From Candidatus Saccharimonadota bacterium (GTDB lineage Archaea > Nanobdellota > Nanobdellia > Pacearchaeales > GW2011-AR1): a stretch of 32,000 bases of DNA. This document shows, piece after piece, positions 18,159-25,428 of the stretch. The stretch spans positions 300,001-332,000 of the forward strand of contig BPGA01000001.1 in NCBI GenBank assembly GCA_026002795.1, given 5' to 3'. The notes beneath the pieces were generated by a model. It did not search any database and was not told the origin of the DNA. It saw only the letters and a list, made by a program, of their open reading frames with translations. Both the position numbers and the translations under genes were made by a program. Positions within the stretch are counted from its first letter, which is position 1; each line of letters opens with the position of its first letter.

Positions 18159-18353
18159 TTATTTTTCTTTAATCAAGTAAAATAAGACTAGTACTGAGGC
18201 TAAGACAAATAAAACACCAACAATAGAAACCGGATTTAATACAGGGCTTCCTTCTAAAATAACATTTGCGGTAGGGCTTCTATCTACAAGCAAAAAACCA
18301 GTTATAAAAAACACAGCCGATAAAAAACCTAAAACCCATGTTAATTTTTTCAT
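18159..18353 (-). CDS. small two-helix membrane protein
   Basis: 64 aa with two clear hydrophobic helices (WVLGFLSAVFFITGFLLV and VSIVGVLFVLASVLVLFYLI). Confidence 0.45.
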   Translation of the reverse strand: MKKLTWVLGFLSAVFFITGFLLVDRSPTANVILEGSPVLNPVSIVGVLFVLASVLVLFYLIKEK

Positions 18354-18568
18354 CTTAAAAAATAAAATTTAAAGTTTAAATTCTTTTTGCTTTTCTAGAT
18401 TCAAAGATAATAAGATATCAAGAGGTTTCTGTATATTCTCCATGACGAGAGGTATCCTATTAATTTAAGACCAACTTATTTTAATTGTAATAATAAAATA
18501 TAAGGATATAAGACTGTATAAGCACAAGAAAAGAACTTATTAATTATACGCCTTTCCTTTAATAGGTT

Positions 18569-19198
18569 TTAAATTAAGAATAAAGCATAAGATAATCCAA
18601 TTAAAGTTATAGTAGCTAAGAAATACCACAAAACAATATTTCCAAAGAATATTTTATTGCCGTCTAAGTCAGAAAGAGGAAGCATATTAAAAAATGCATA
18701 AAAAAGGTTTATTTTTGAGAAGTAAGTATAACCGATTAAATATCCTAAAAGGGAAAAGAACAAGTTAGCTATTATTCCAGATGCCGCTATTAATGCTATA
18801 TGGCTTTCAGTCATTTCAGAAAAAGAATAAAGGCCATGTCTTTTTGCGGCTCTATAAATTTTAGGCTTTACATCAAAGACAAGAACAGCCATCCATATAA
18901 GTTTTCCAAAAGTTAAAATAGGAATTACTAAAGAAAGAAAAATTCCTAAAGGAAAAGGCTTTTTTAAGTATTGATCTTTTCTAAATCCATACCTTTTAAG
19001 ATTCCAAAACTCTGTTTCTATTTCAGAATCTAGATAAAAACCAACTATTTTTTTAGCAATTGTATTAATTAAAATAACTAAAAAAACACTCAAAAAAGAA
19101 AACAACAAAAGAGAAATAGAAAAACCGCTTTTTAAGAAAACCATAGAAAAACCCAAAACAAGTGCACTTATCAGTAAAATAAAAAACTCTCTTAACAT
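18569..19198 (-). CDS. M50 (site-2 protease)-like membrane protein lacking the HExxH motif
   Basis: The C-terminal FNMLPLSDLDGNKIF matches the M50 N-x-x-P-x-x-x-LDG motif, and IALIAASGIIANLFFS resembles the preceding conserved helix. The protein has only two His residues and no HExxH. Confidence 0.5.
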   Translation of the reverse strand: MLREFFILLISALVLGFSMVFLKSGFSISLLLFSFLSVFLVILINTIAKKIVGFYLDSEIETEFWNLKRYGFRKDQYLKKPFPLGIFLSLVIPILTFGKLIWMAVLVFDVKPKIYRAAKRHGLYSFSEMTESHIALIAASGIIANLFFSLLGYLIGYTYFSKINLFYAFFNMLPLSDLDGNKIFFGNIVLWYFLATITLIGLSYALFLI

Positions 19199-19272
19199 TA
19201 TTAAATCTAATCGAGATTTTTTATAAAGCTTTTTGTTATAATTTATTTTATTGAGTTTAGTATGGAAAAATA

Positions 19273-19278
19273 TTTAAA
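19273..19278 (+). promoter_or_regulatory. TATA-box-like TTTAAA for the second PRC-barrel gene
   Basis: taTTTAAAta lies 22 nt upstream of the ATG at 19301. Confidence 0.4.
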
Positions 19279-19300
19279 TAAGAGTTTATAAATTTTTATC

Positions 19301-19576
19301 ATGAAAATAAAAAAGATCTCAGAAGTTCTCGGTTTGAAAGTTTTTACAGATTCTGGAGAATTTTTTGGAGAAGTTGAAGAAGCTAACCTTGTAAATAATA
19401 AAATTGACGGATGGAGAATAAGAGTCGGAGGAAGCATAACGTCTCTTCTTGGCGGAGCTAGAGGCGTGATAATTCCACATCAGTTTGTTAAAGCAATAAG
19501 TGATGTATTTATAATAAGCAGGGTTGCTATACCTAGTTCTACTGAAGTAGAAGAGTTTGTAGATAGCATCGAATAG
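19301..19576 (+). CDS. PRC-barrel domain protein (stand-alone, 91 aa)
   Basis: KISEVLGLKVFTDSGEFFGEVEEANLVNNKIDGWRI ... IIPHQFVKAISDVFIIS is the typical PRC-barrel pattern. Confidence 0.75.
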   Translation: MKIKKISEVLGLKVFTDSGEFFGEVEEANLVNNKIDGWRIRVGGSITSLLGGARGVIIPHQFVKAISDVFIISRVAIPSSTEVEEFVDSIE

Positions 19577-19730
19577 AAACTTTTTATGGTTTTATATTAA
19601 TATTCATCTTTGAAAAATAAAAAGCTCGACATAAAAAATAAAGTAAAAATTTTTTAATTGTTTTAGGATTTTTCTGTATTAATTAATTAAGTTTACTTTC
19701 TAGTAAAAATGTTAAAGAGTATAGAAAGGC

Positions 19731-19736
19731 TTTAAA
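19731..19736 (+). promoter_or_regulatory. TATA-box-like TTTAAA
   Basis: gcTTTAAAag lies 22 nt upstream of the ATG at 19759. Confidence 0.4.
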
Positions 19737-19758
19737 AGATATATTTCTTTAAAAATTA

Positions 19759-20277
19759 ATGGCTGAAGAAATTACAGTTTTGCAGCACTGGATTTTTACA
19801 AAATTTGTTTTTCCATTTTTTTTGCTTTTCTTTATAGTTTTTGGCCTTCTTGAAAAAACAAATCTTTTTGGTAGTGGTAAAAAACAGCTTAATGCTCTCG
19901 TAGCATTTATTGTTGGTTTGATTTTTGTATCTTCTGTTTTTCCAAAATATGTTGTTAACAACCTTATTTTATTTCTAACTATTGCGTTAATGACAGCGTT
20001 TGTTGGCTTAATATTATGGGGTTTTGTATCAGGAGGAGAAGCAAAAATAACAAATAAAGGTCTTCAAAAATTTGTTGCTTTTTTGATTTTTGTTTCTTTG
20101 GCCGCTATTTTATTTTGGTCTTTTGGTTTAGAGTTTAATCTCTTAAGAGATATTTTTAATTTTATATTTTTAAGTAACTGGAGTAAAGATTTTTGGATAA
20201 ACTTTTTATTTATTGCTTTAATAATAATTGCTCTAGGCCTTATTATCGGAAAACCAACAGGCGGTAAAAAACCCTAA
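19759..20277 (+). CDS. membrane protein, paralog A of a tandem pair
   Basis: 172 aa with 4-5 hydrophobic helices. FVFPFFLLFFIVFGLLEKTNLF..K.LNALV aligns with the next gene. Confidence 0.6.
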   Translation: MAEEITVLQHWIFTKFVFPFFLLFFIVFGLLEKTNLFGSGKKQLNALVAFIVGLIFVSSVFPKYVVNNLILFLTIALMTAFVGLILWGFVSGGEAKITNKGLQKFVAFLIFVSLAAILFWSFGLEFNLLRDIFNFIFLSNWSKDFWINFLFIALIIIALGLIIGKPTGGKKP

Positions 20278-20302
20278 TAAAAATTAAAACTCCCGAAATA
20301 TA

Positions 20303-20308
20303 TTTAAA
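20303..20308 (+). promoter_or_regulatory. TATA-box-like TTTAAA
   Basis: taTTTAAAca lies 21 nt upstream of the ATG at 20330. Confidence 0.4.
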
Positions 20309-20329
20309 CAAGATTTCACTTTTTTAATC

Positions 20330-20890
20330 ATGCAAATACTTTATCAGGTTGGTGTTTTTGATTTAGGATCTTTAATTTATTATCTACAATCTCCAATTGT
20401 TTATTCTTTTGTTTTACCGTTTCTCTTAATTTTTGCAGTTGTATTTGGGATTTTAATAAGAACTAATATATTTCCAGATAATAAAGCATTAAACGCAATA
20501 ATCTCAATTTCTGTAGCGATTTTAGCTTTACAACTTGATCTTGTTCCTTTGTTTTTTTCAGAATTATTTCCGAGATTTGGTATTGGACTTTCTGTAATTT
20601 TAGTTGCTTTAATCTTAATGGGTCTTTTTTTACCTTCAGATAAGAGCAACAAGTATGTTGGATGGTTTGGTTTTATTATTGCAGCAATTATATTTCTAAT
20701 TGTTATTTCAAAATCATTTGCACCGTTTGGTTGGTGGAGCTCTGTTTATAATTTTTATTTTTATAGTCCTGAGATTATTACAATAATTCTTGTTATTATT
20801 GCTATTATTGCTGTAATTAAATCAACAAAGCCAAGAAAAAAATTTAATCTTCCACCATATGGCGTTCCTGTTTGGAGAGAACAGGGGTGA
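20330..20890 (+). CDS. membrane protein, paralog B of a tandem pair
   Basis: 186 aa. FVLPFLLIFAVVFGILIRTNIF..NKALNAII matches the N-terminal region of paralog A, with a similar helix layout. Confidence 0.6.
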   Translation: MQILYQVGVFDLGSLIYYLQSPIVYSFVLPFLLIFAVVFGILIRTNIFPDNKALNAIISISVAILALQLDLVPLFFSELFPRFGIGLSVILVALILMGLFLPSDKSNKYVGWFGFIIAAIIFLIVISKSFAPFGWWSSVYNFYFYSPEIITIILVIIAIIAVIKSTKPRKKFNLPPYGVPVWREQG

Positions 20891-20904
20891 AGAGTAAATT
20901 TATA

Positions 20905-21669
20905 TTACTCTTTTTTCTTTGATTTATGGACAACAGTTGTTTTTTTCTCTATTTTGTGGACAGTTTTTTCTTTTTTAGATTTTGCTAATTCATGGAAAGA
21001 TTCTTGTATAAGCTCCATTTCTTTTTTTATTGCATCAATTCCCCTTCCATAATCTCCAATTTTTTCAAGAATAGCTGCTTGTAGAGAATCTAAACTATTT
21101 TCTATCCTTTTTAATCTTTCAGATATATTGTCTATTTTTGTTTGTGATATATTTTTGAATTCGTTAAAGGAATCAATTTGTTTTTGCAATGCTTTAATCT
21201 TTTCTTGAAATACTTGTTCTGAAATTTCTATTATTGTATCGAAATCTGAAACCTGTGGAGTTTCACCATAAAAATACTGATATGTTTCAGGAGGAGGTTG
21301 TTGTGGTTGATAATACTGATCAGAAACCTGTTCTTGTGTTTCTTGAAAGGTTTCAGGAACTTCTTGTTCTGAAATCTCTTTTCTTACAATTTTTGGAACA
21401 GTATAACCAGTTGAAGGTGTTGGAGGTAGTAGATCAACATCAGAAATTTCTCCTTCTGTAGGAAGCGGTTCTGCTTTTTCAGGAATCATTATTGAAGGAA
21501 TCATCTCTTCATCAGATGTTTCAGCGGAAACAGCTTCTTTTATTTTTGCTTGATTTAAAGCCTCTGATATTTCTCTTGGAGAAATTCCTTGCTCTTCAAG
21601 ACTACTAATAATTTCGTTTTCGGGAATGCCCTTTTTTTTCATACTTATAATCTGGTCTAAAACACTCAT
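20905..21669 (-). CDS. coiled-coil protein with small N-terminal helical domain and acidic P/Q/E-rich linker
   Basis: 254 aa. The N-terminal region is MKKKGIPENEIISSLEEQGISPREISEALNQAKIK. A low-complexity E/P/Q/Y linker follows, then about 90 aa of heptad-rich sequence and a basic tail. Confidence 0.6.
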   Translation of the reverse strand: MSVLDQIISMKKKGIPENEIISSLEEQGISPREISEALNQAKIKEAVSAETSDEEMIPSIMIPEKAEPLPTEGEISDVDLLPPTPSTGYTVPKIVRKEISEQEVPETFQETQEQVSDQYYQPQQPPPETYQYFYGETPQVSDFDTIIEISEQVFQEKIKALQKQIDSFNEFKNISQTKIDNISERLKRIENSLDSLQAAILEKIGDYGRGIDAIKKEMELIQESFHELAKSKKEKTVHKIEKKTTVVHKSKKKE

Positions 21670-21995
21670 TTTTTCTTTATAGCTTCTATATCCTGTGAAA
21701 TCTTAATTTTTTTTGATAAAATTTCAAGATCTTCTTTTCTAGCAAACTTTTGAAATTCAGAAGTTGCTATTTCAAGAAAAGAAATTACTTTATCTATACT
21801 TTCTTTCATAATCGAAATACTCTTTTTAATATCTATTATTTCTGAATTTGTTTTTTCTTTAATTTCAATAAGATTTTCACCTAAAAGAATTAATCTATCT
21901 CTCAAAATTCTTTGTTTTTCCTCTAAATCTCTTATCTTTACATTAAGAGCCTGAACAAGATCTTCGTGAAAATTTGCCTCTTTTTGGTTTGCCAT
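21666..21995 (-). CDS. small coiled-coil protein (109 aa)
   Basis: Heptad-rich throughout. Its stop overlaps the start of the downstream gene by 4 nt. TTTAAA lies 22 nt upstream of its start. Confidence 0.6.
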   Translation of the reverse strand: MANQKEANFHEDLVQALNVKIRDLEEKQRILRDRLILLGENLIEIKEKTNSEIIDIKKSISIMKESIDKVISFLEIATSEFQKFARKEDLEILSKKIKISQDIEAIKKK

Positions 21996-22014
21996 ACCTT
22001 AAAAAAAGCTTTTT

Positions 22015-22053
22015 AGGTTTAAATTTGTTTTCATATGAAAATTATTTAAACCT
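22015..22053. promoter_or_regulatory. mirror-symmetric divergent promoter/operator region
   Basis: A perfect 10-bp inverted repeat, AGGTTTAAAT (22015-22024) and ATTTAAACCT (22044-22053), encloses a perfect 14-bp palindrome TTTTCATATGAAAA (22028-22041). Each arm places TTTAAA 21-22 nt from one of the two divergent start codons (21995 and 22072). Confidence 0.5.
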
Positions 22054-22071
22054 CTCTCTTTTTTCTAATAA

Positions 22072-24366
22072 ATGCCTGAAAAAAAACAAGAAAAAAACCA
22101 GCTTTATTCTTCTGAAGTTAAAAGAGAAGGTGGAGAAGATGTTTTATACATAAACTATTTAGGAGCTCCTTTTGTACCTAGCATTGCAGAATATCCTGAG
22201 GTTATGGAAAAAGTTATAGATTTAATCATAGAAAATCCAAACATTTCAAGAGTTGTGCTTTCTCAGCAAAAAAATTATAATTATGATTTTAAAGAAACAA
22301 GATACTTAATTGAAATTGCTCAGCTTTACACATACCTTATAAAGCAAGAAAAAATACTCTCTAAGGAAAAATTGTCTTTAGGATTTGATCAGTTTTTTGC
22401 TAAACGATATAACGATCTTCTTTCTTTCTCTATTCTTTTAAAAAGAGACCCTATTCTTGCTTATTTTGAAATTAAGAAGCTAATTATAGAGGAGAAAATC
22501 TCTTATAACAAATTAGGAATTGCTTATAGAGCATCTCAAATTAGTTATGTTGGATTATTAGAAAAGATATTACAATTATTAGAAAGAACCTCTCTAATAC
22601 AAGATGCTATTCCTTATTTAGAAAATTATACTAGAGGCGATAGAAGCATTTATTACAAACTTTTTAAGCCAGATATAATCCCTAATTTCACGTTTACAAG
22701 ACTTATTACAGATATTCCAGATAACGCAGAGATTGTTGATCAGTATGAAATTTCTGGAGAGGATTATGATGTTTCCACAGTAACTATACTGAGAAAAGAA
22801 AATGAACCTAAACTTATTTATCATTTGTCTCCTCCAGAACATAATCTTTCTGAAGATTTTAATGAATTACTTAACTTAGCTAGAAATGTCTTGATTGAAC
22901 ATCAACCAAAAGCAGAAGAGTTTACAGATACAGAAAGAACAAGACAGGTTTTTTTTAACATTTCTAAAGATTTACTTCAAGAGTTGGCTCAAACTAAAGG
23001 AATTAAAATAAGTTATAATGATTTAAATAAACTAGCTACAATTCTTGTTAGACACACAATTGGTTTTGGCTTAATAGAAGTTATTTTACAAGATAAAAAA
23101 ATTCAAGATATTTCTCTTAATGCTCCTATATCAACAACACCTATTTTTGTGAGACATCAAGATTATGATGAGTGTTTAACCAATATATTACCAAGCCAAG
23201 ATGATGCAGATTCTTGGGCAGCTAAATTTAGACTTATTTCTGGTAGACCTTTAGATGAAGCAAATCCAATTCTAGATACACAACTTGAAATAGGAAAAAT
23301 AAGATCAAGAATTGCAATAATTCAAAGACCACTTTCTCCAGATGGATTAGCTTATTCAATAAGAAGACATAGAGATGATCCTTGGACTTATCCTCTTTTT
23401 ATTGAAAATAAAATGTTGAATCCTCTTGCAGCAGGACTTTTAAGCTTTCTTGTTGATGGCTCAAGAACAATTTTATTTGCAGGAACAAGAAGCTCTGGAA
23501 AAACCTCTTTATTAGGAAGTACTATGCTTGAGATAATTCCAAAATATAGAATTATTGTTATTGAAGATTCTTTAGAATTGCCGGTTGAGGCCCTTAAAAA
23601 ACTAAATTACAATATTTTAAGAATGAAAGTTAGAAGCGCTTTACTAAAAACAACAACAGAAGTGTCAGCAGACGATGGAATAAGAACTAGCTTAAGACTT
23701 GGAGACTCAAGTTTAATTATAGGAGAGGTTAGAAGTGTAGAGGCACAAGCTCTTTATGAAGCAATGCGTGTTGGTGCCTTAGCAAATGTTGTTGCAGGAA
23801 CAATTCATGGAGCAAGCCCGTATGGAGTTTTTGATAGAGTTGTCAATGATCTAAAAGTACCTGCAACAAGTTTTAAAGCAACAGACATAATAGTAATTTC
23901 AAACCCAATCAAATCTCCAGACGGATTACATTCATGGAAAAGAGTTTTAAGAATTTCTGAAGTAAGAAAGCACTGGAAAGAAGATCCTTTAGAAGAAAAG
24001 GGTTTTGTAGATTTAATGAAGTATAATGTTGAAAAAGATCAGTTAGAACCTACTGATGATTTAATTAACGGAGATAGCGAAGTTATAAAAGAAGTTGCGT
24101 CAAGCGTTAAAGGCTGGGCAGGAAATTGGGATGCTATCTGGGATAATATTATTTTAAGAGCAAAAATAAAAGAAGAATTAGTAAATACAGCTATAAAACT
24201 TAACAACTATAAAATTTTAGAAGCAGAGTTTAATACAGCATCTAACCACGCCTTTCATAAAATTTCAGACGAGATTAGAGAAGAAATAGGTCTTCCTCTT
24301 AGCGAAAGAGTTTTTCCTGCTTGGCAAAAATGGCTTCGTGAAGAGCTAAAAAAAAGAAAGTTCTAA
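22072..24366 (+). CDS. type II/IV secretion-family ATPase (PilB/FlaI/VirB11-like), enlarged
   Basis: KIQDISLN (N-domain motif), Walker A AGTRSSGKTS, Walker B-like RIIVIEDSLEL, LIIGEVRSVEA and GTIHGASP (His box region) are present. At 764 aa it is clearly longer than the roughly 510-550 aa I recall for archaeal FlaI/ArlI. Confidence 0.9.
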   Translation: MPEKKQEKNQLYSSEVKREGGEDVLYINYLGAPFVPSIAEYPEVMEKVIDLIIENPNISRVVLSQQKNYNYDFKETRYLIEIAQLYTYLIKQEKILSKEKLSLGFDQFFAKRYNDLLSFSILLKRDPILAYFEIKKLIIEEKISYNKLGIAYRASQISYVGLLEKILQLLERTSLIQDAIPYLENYTRGDRSIYYKLFKPDIIPNFTFTRLITDIPDNAEIVDQYEISGEDYDVSTVTILRKENEPKLIYHLSPPEHNLSEDFNELLNLARNVLIEHQPKAEEFTDTERTRQVFFNISKDLLQELAQTKGIKISYNDLNKLATILVRHTIGFGLIEVILQDKKIQDISLNAPISTTPIFVRHQDYDECLTNILPSQDDADSWAAKFRLISGRPLDEANPILDTQLEIGKIRSRIAIIQRPLSPDGLAYSIRRHRDDPWTYPLFIENKMLNPLAAGLLSFLVDGSRTILFAGTRSSGKTSLLGSTMLEIIPKYRIIVIEDSLELPVEALKKLNYNILRMKVRSALLKTTTEVSADDGIRTSLRLGDSSLIIGEVRSVEAQALYEAMRVGALANVVAGTIHGASPYGVFDRVVNDLKVPATSFKATDIIVISNPIKSPDGLHSWKRVLRISEVRKHWKEDPLEEKGFVDLMKYNVEKDQLEPTDDLINGDSEVIKEVASSVKGWAGNWDAIWDNIILRAKIKEELVNTAIKLNNYKILEAEFNTASNHAFHKISDEIREEIGLPLSERVFPAWQKWLREELKKRKF

Positions 24367-24367
24367 A

Positions 24368-25393
24368 ATGAAGATCAAAATAAGGTTTCTTGTTTCTTTA
24401 GTTATTTTTTTATTTTTAATATATTTTTTAACAAAAATCGATTTTTATCAGAGTTATTTACTTTTAAAAAAATCTAACGTTTTTTTAATTTTTATTGCTT
24501 TTATTTTAATAGGAATCAATTTTTTAATTTTTAGTTTAAGATCAGTATATTCTTTAAGAAAAATAAAAAAAGTAGATTTTTTCTTTAATCTTAAGACAGT
24601 TATGGCTAATTTTTTTATAAACGGAATTACACCAGGATTTAATTTAGGTGGCGAACCCTTTAGAGCTTATTATTTAAGTAAGAAATATAAAAAACCAGCA
24701 GCTAAAATTTTAGGAGCAATAGTTGCAGATAAGTTTTATCATAGTCTTGTATCTTTCTTTTTTATTGTAGCTACAGCTTTATATGTTATGAGATTTATTC
24801 CAATTTCTTTTGAATTAAAAACACTCCTTCAAACGTTAATTTTTTTTGTTTTATTCTTTTTTTTATCGCTTTTCTTAATTAATCTTTTTTTTCATAAAGA
24901 AAGAGTTTCAAGATTTGCAAAAATAATTTACAAAAAAATTTTGAAAAGTAACAGAAAGAAAAACAAGTTCATTAAATATTTAGATAAACATTTCGAAAAT
25001 TTTTTTAATGGATTTAGAGAAACTCTTTTTGATAAAAAATTTGTAATTTTAGCCATTTTTTTATCTTTAATTTATTGGCTCATTTATTTTTTAGTTTCAT
25101 ATTTAATTTTCTTATCCTTCGGATTCAAAATTAGTTTTTTTGTTATAATTTCAGTAGTTAGCCTATCTAATCTTTTAGGAGATTTTTCTCCAACACCAGG
25201 TGGCGTTGGACTTATGGAGGGATCTATGGTTCTTTTCTATACTCTTTTTGGAGTTAGTGTTGCAACAGGATTAGCGGTTTCAATTATTTCTAGACTTTTG
25301 CTTTACTTTTACTCAATTTTTATAGGCGGGATTTCTTTAATTAGTCTTGAAAGAAACACGAAAAAAAAACAAAATTTAGGTTACATTTATTAA
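24368..25393 (+). CDS. UPF0104 / lysylphosphatidylglycerol-synthase-TM (flippase-like) family membrane protein
   Basis: About 8 TM helices. GITPGFNLGGEPFRAY and SPTPGGVGLMEG are the paired P-x-G-G-x-G/E motifs I associate with this family. It starts 1 nt after the ATPase stop. Confidence 0.65.
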   Translation: MKIKIRFLVSLVIFLFLIYFLTKIDFYQSYLLLKKSNVFLIFIAFILIGINFLIFSLRSVYSLRKIKKVDFFFNLKTVMANFFINGITPGFNLGGEPFRAYYLSKKYKKPAAKILGAIVADKFYHSLVSFFFIVATALYVMRFIPISFELKTLLQTLIFFVLFFFLSLFLINLFFHKERVSRFAKIIYKKILKSNRKKNKFIKYLDKHFENFFNGFRETLFDKKFVILAIFLSLIYWLIYFLVSYLIFLSFGFKISFFVIISVVSLSNLLGDFSPTPGGVGLMEGSMVLFYTLFGVSVATGLAVSIISRLLLYFYSIFIGGISLISLERNTKKKQNLGYIY

Positions 25394-25428
25394 TTATAGT
25401 TTTTTAATTTATAAATAAAAGAGGAAAA

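Noticed and set aside
18354-18568. 215-nt ORF-free gap between two minus-strand genes, inspected for a tRNA, C/D-box sRNA or other ncRNA.
   Set aside because: There is no cloverleaf-compatible GC-rich stems. The only box-like string (ATGACGA at about 18452-18458) lacks a properly spaced CTGA partner and terminal stem. It probably holds just a promoter and terminator, but I cannot exclude a small RNA without covariance-model searches.
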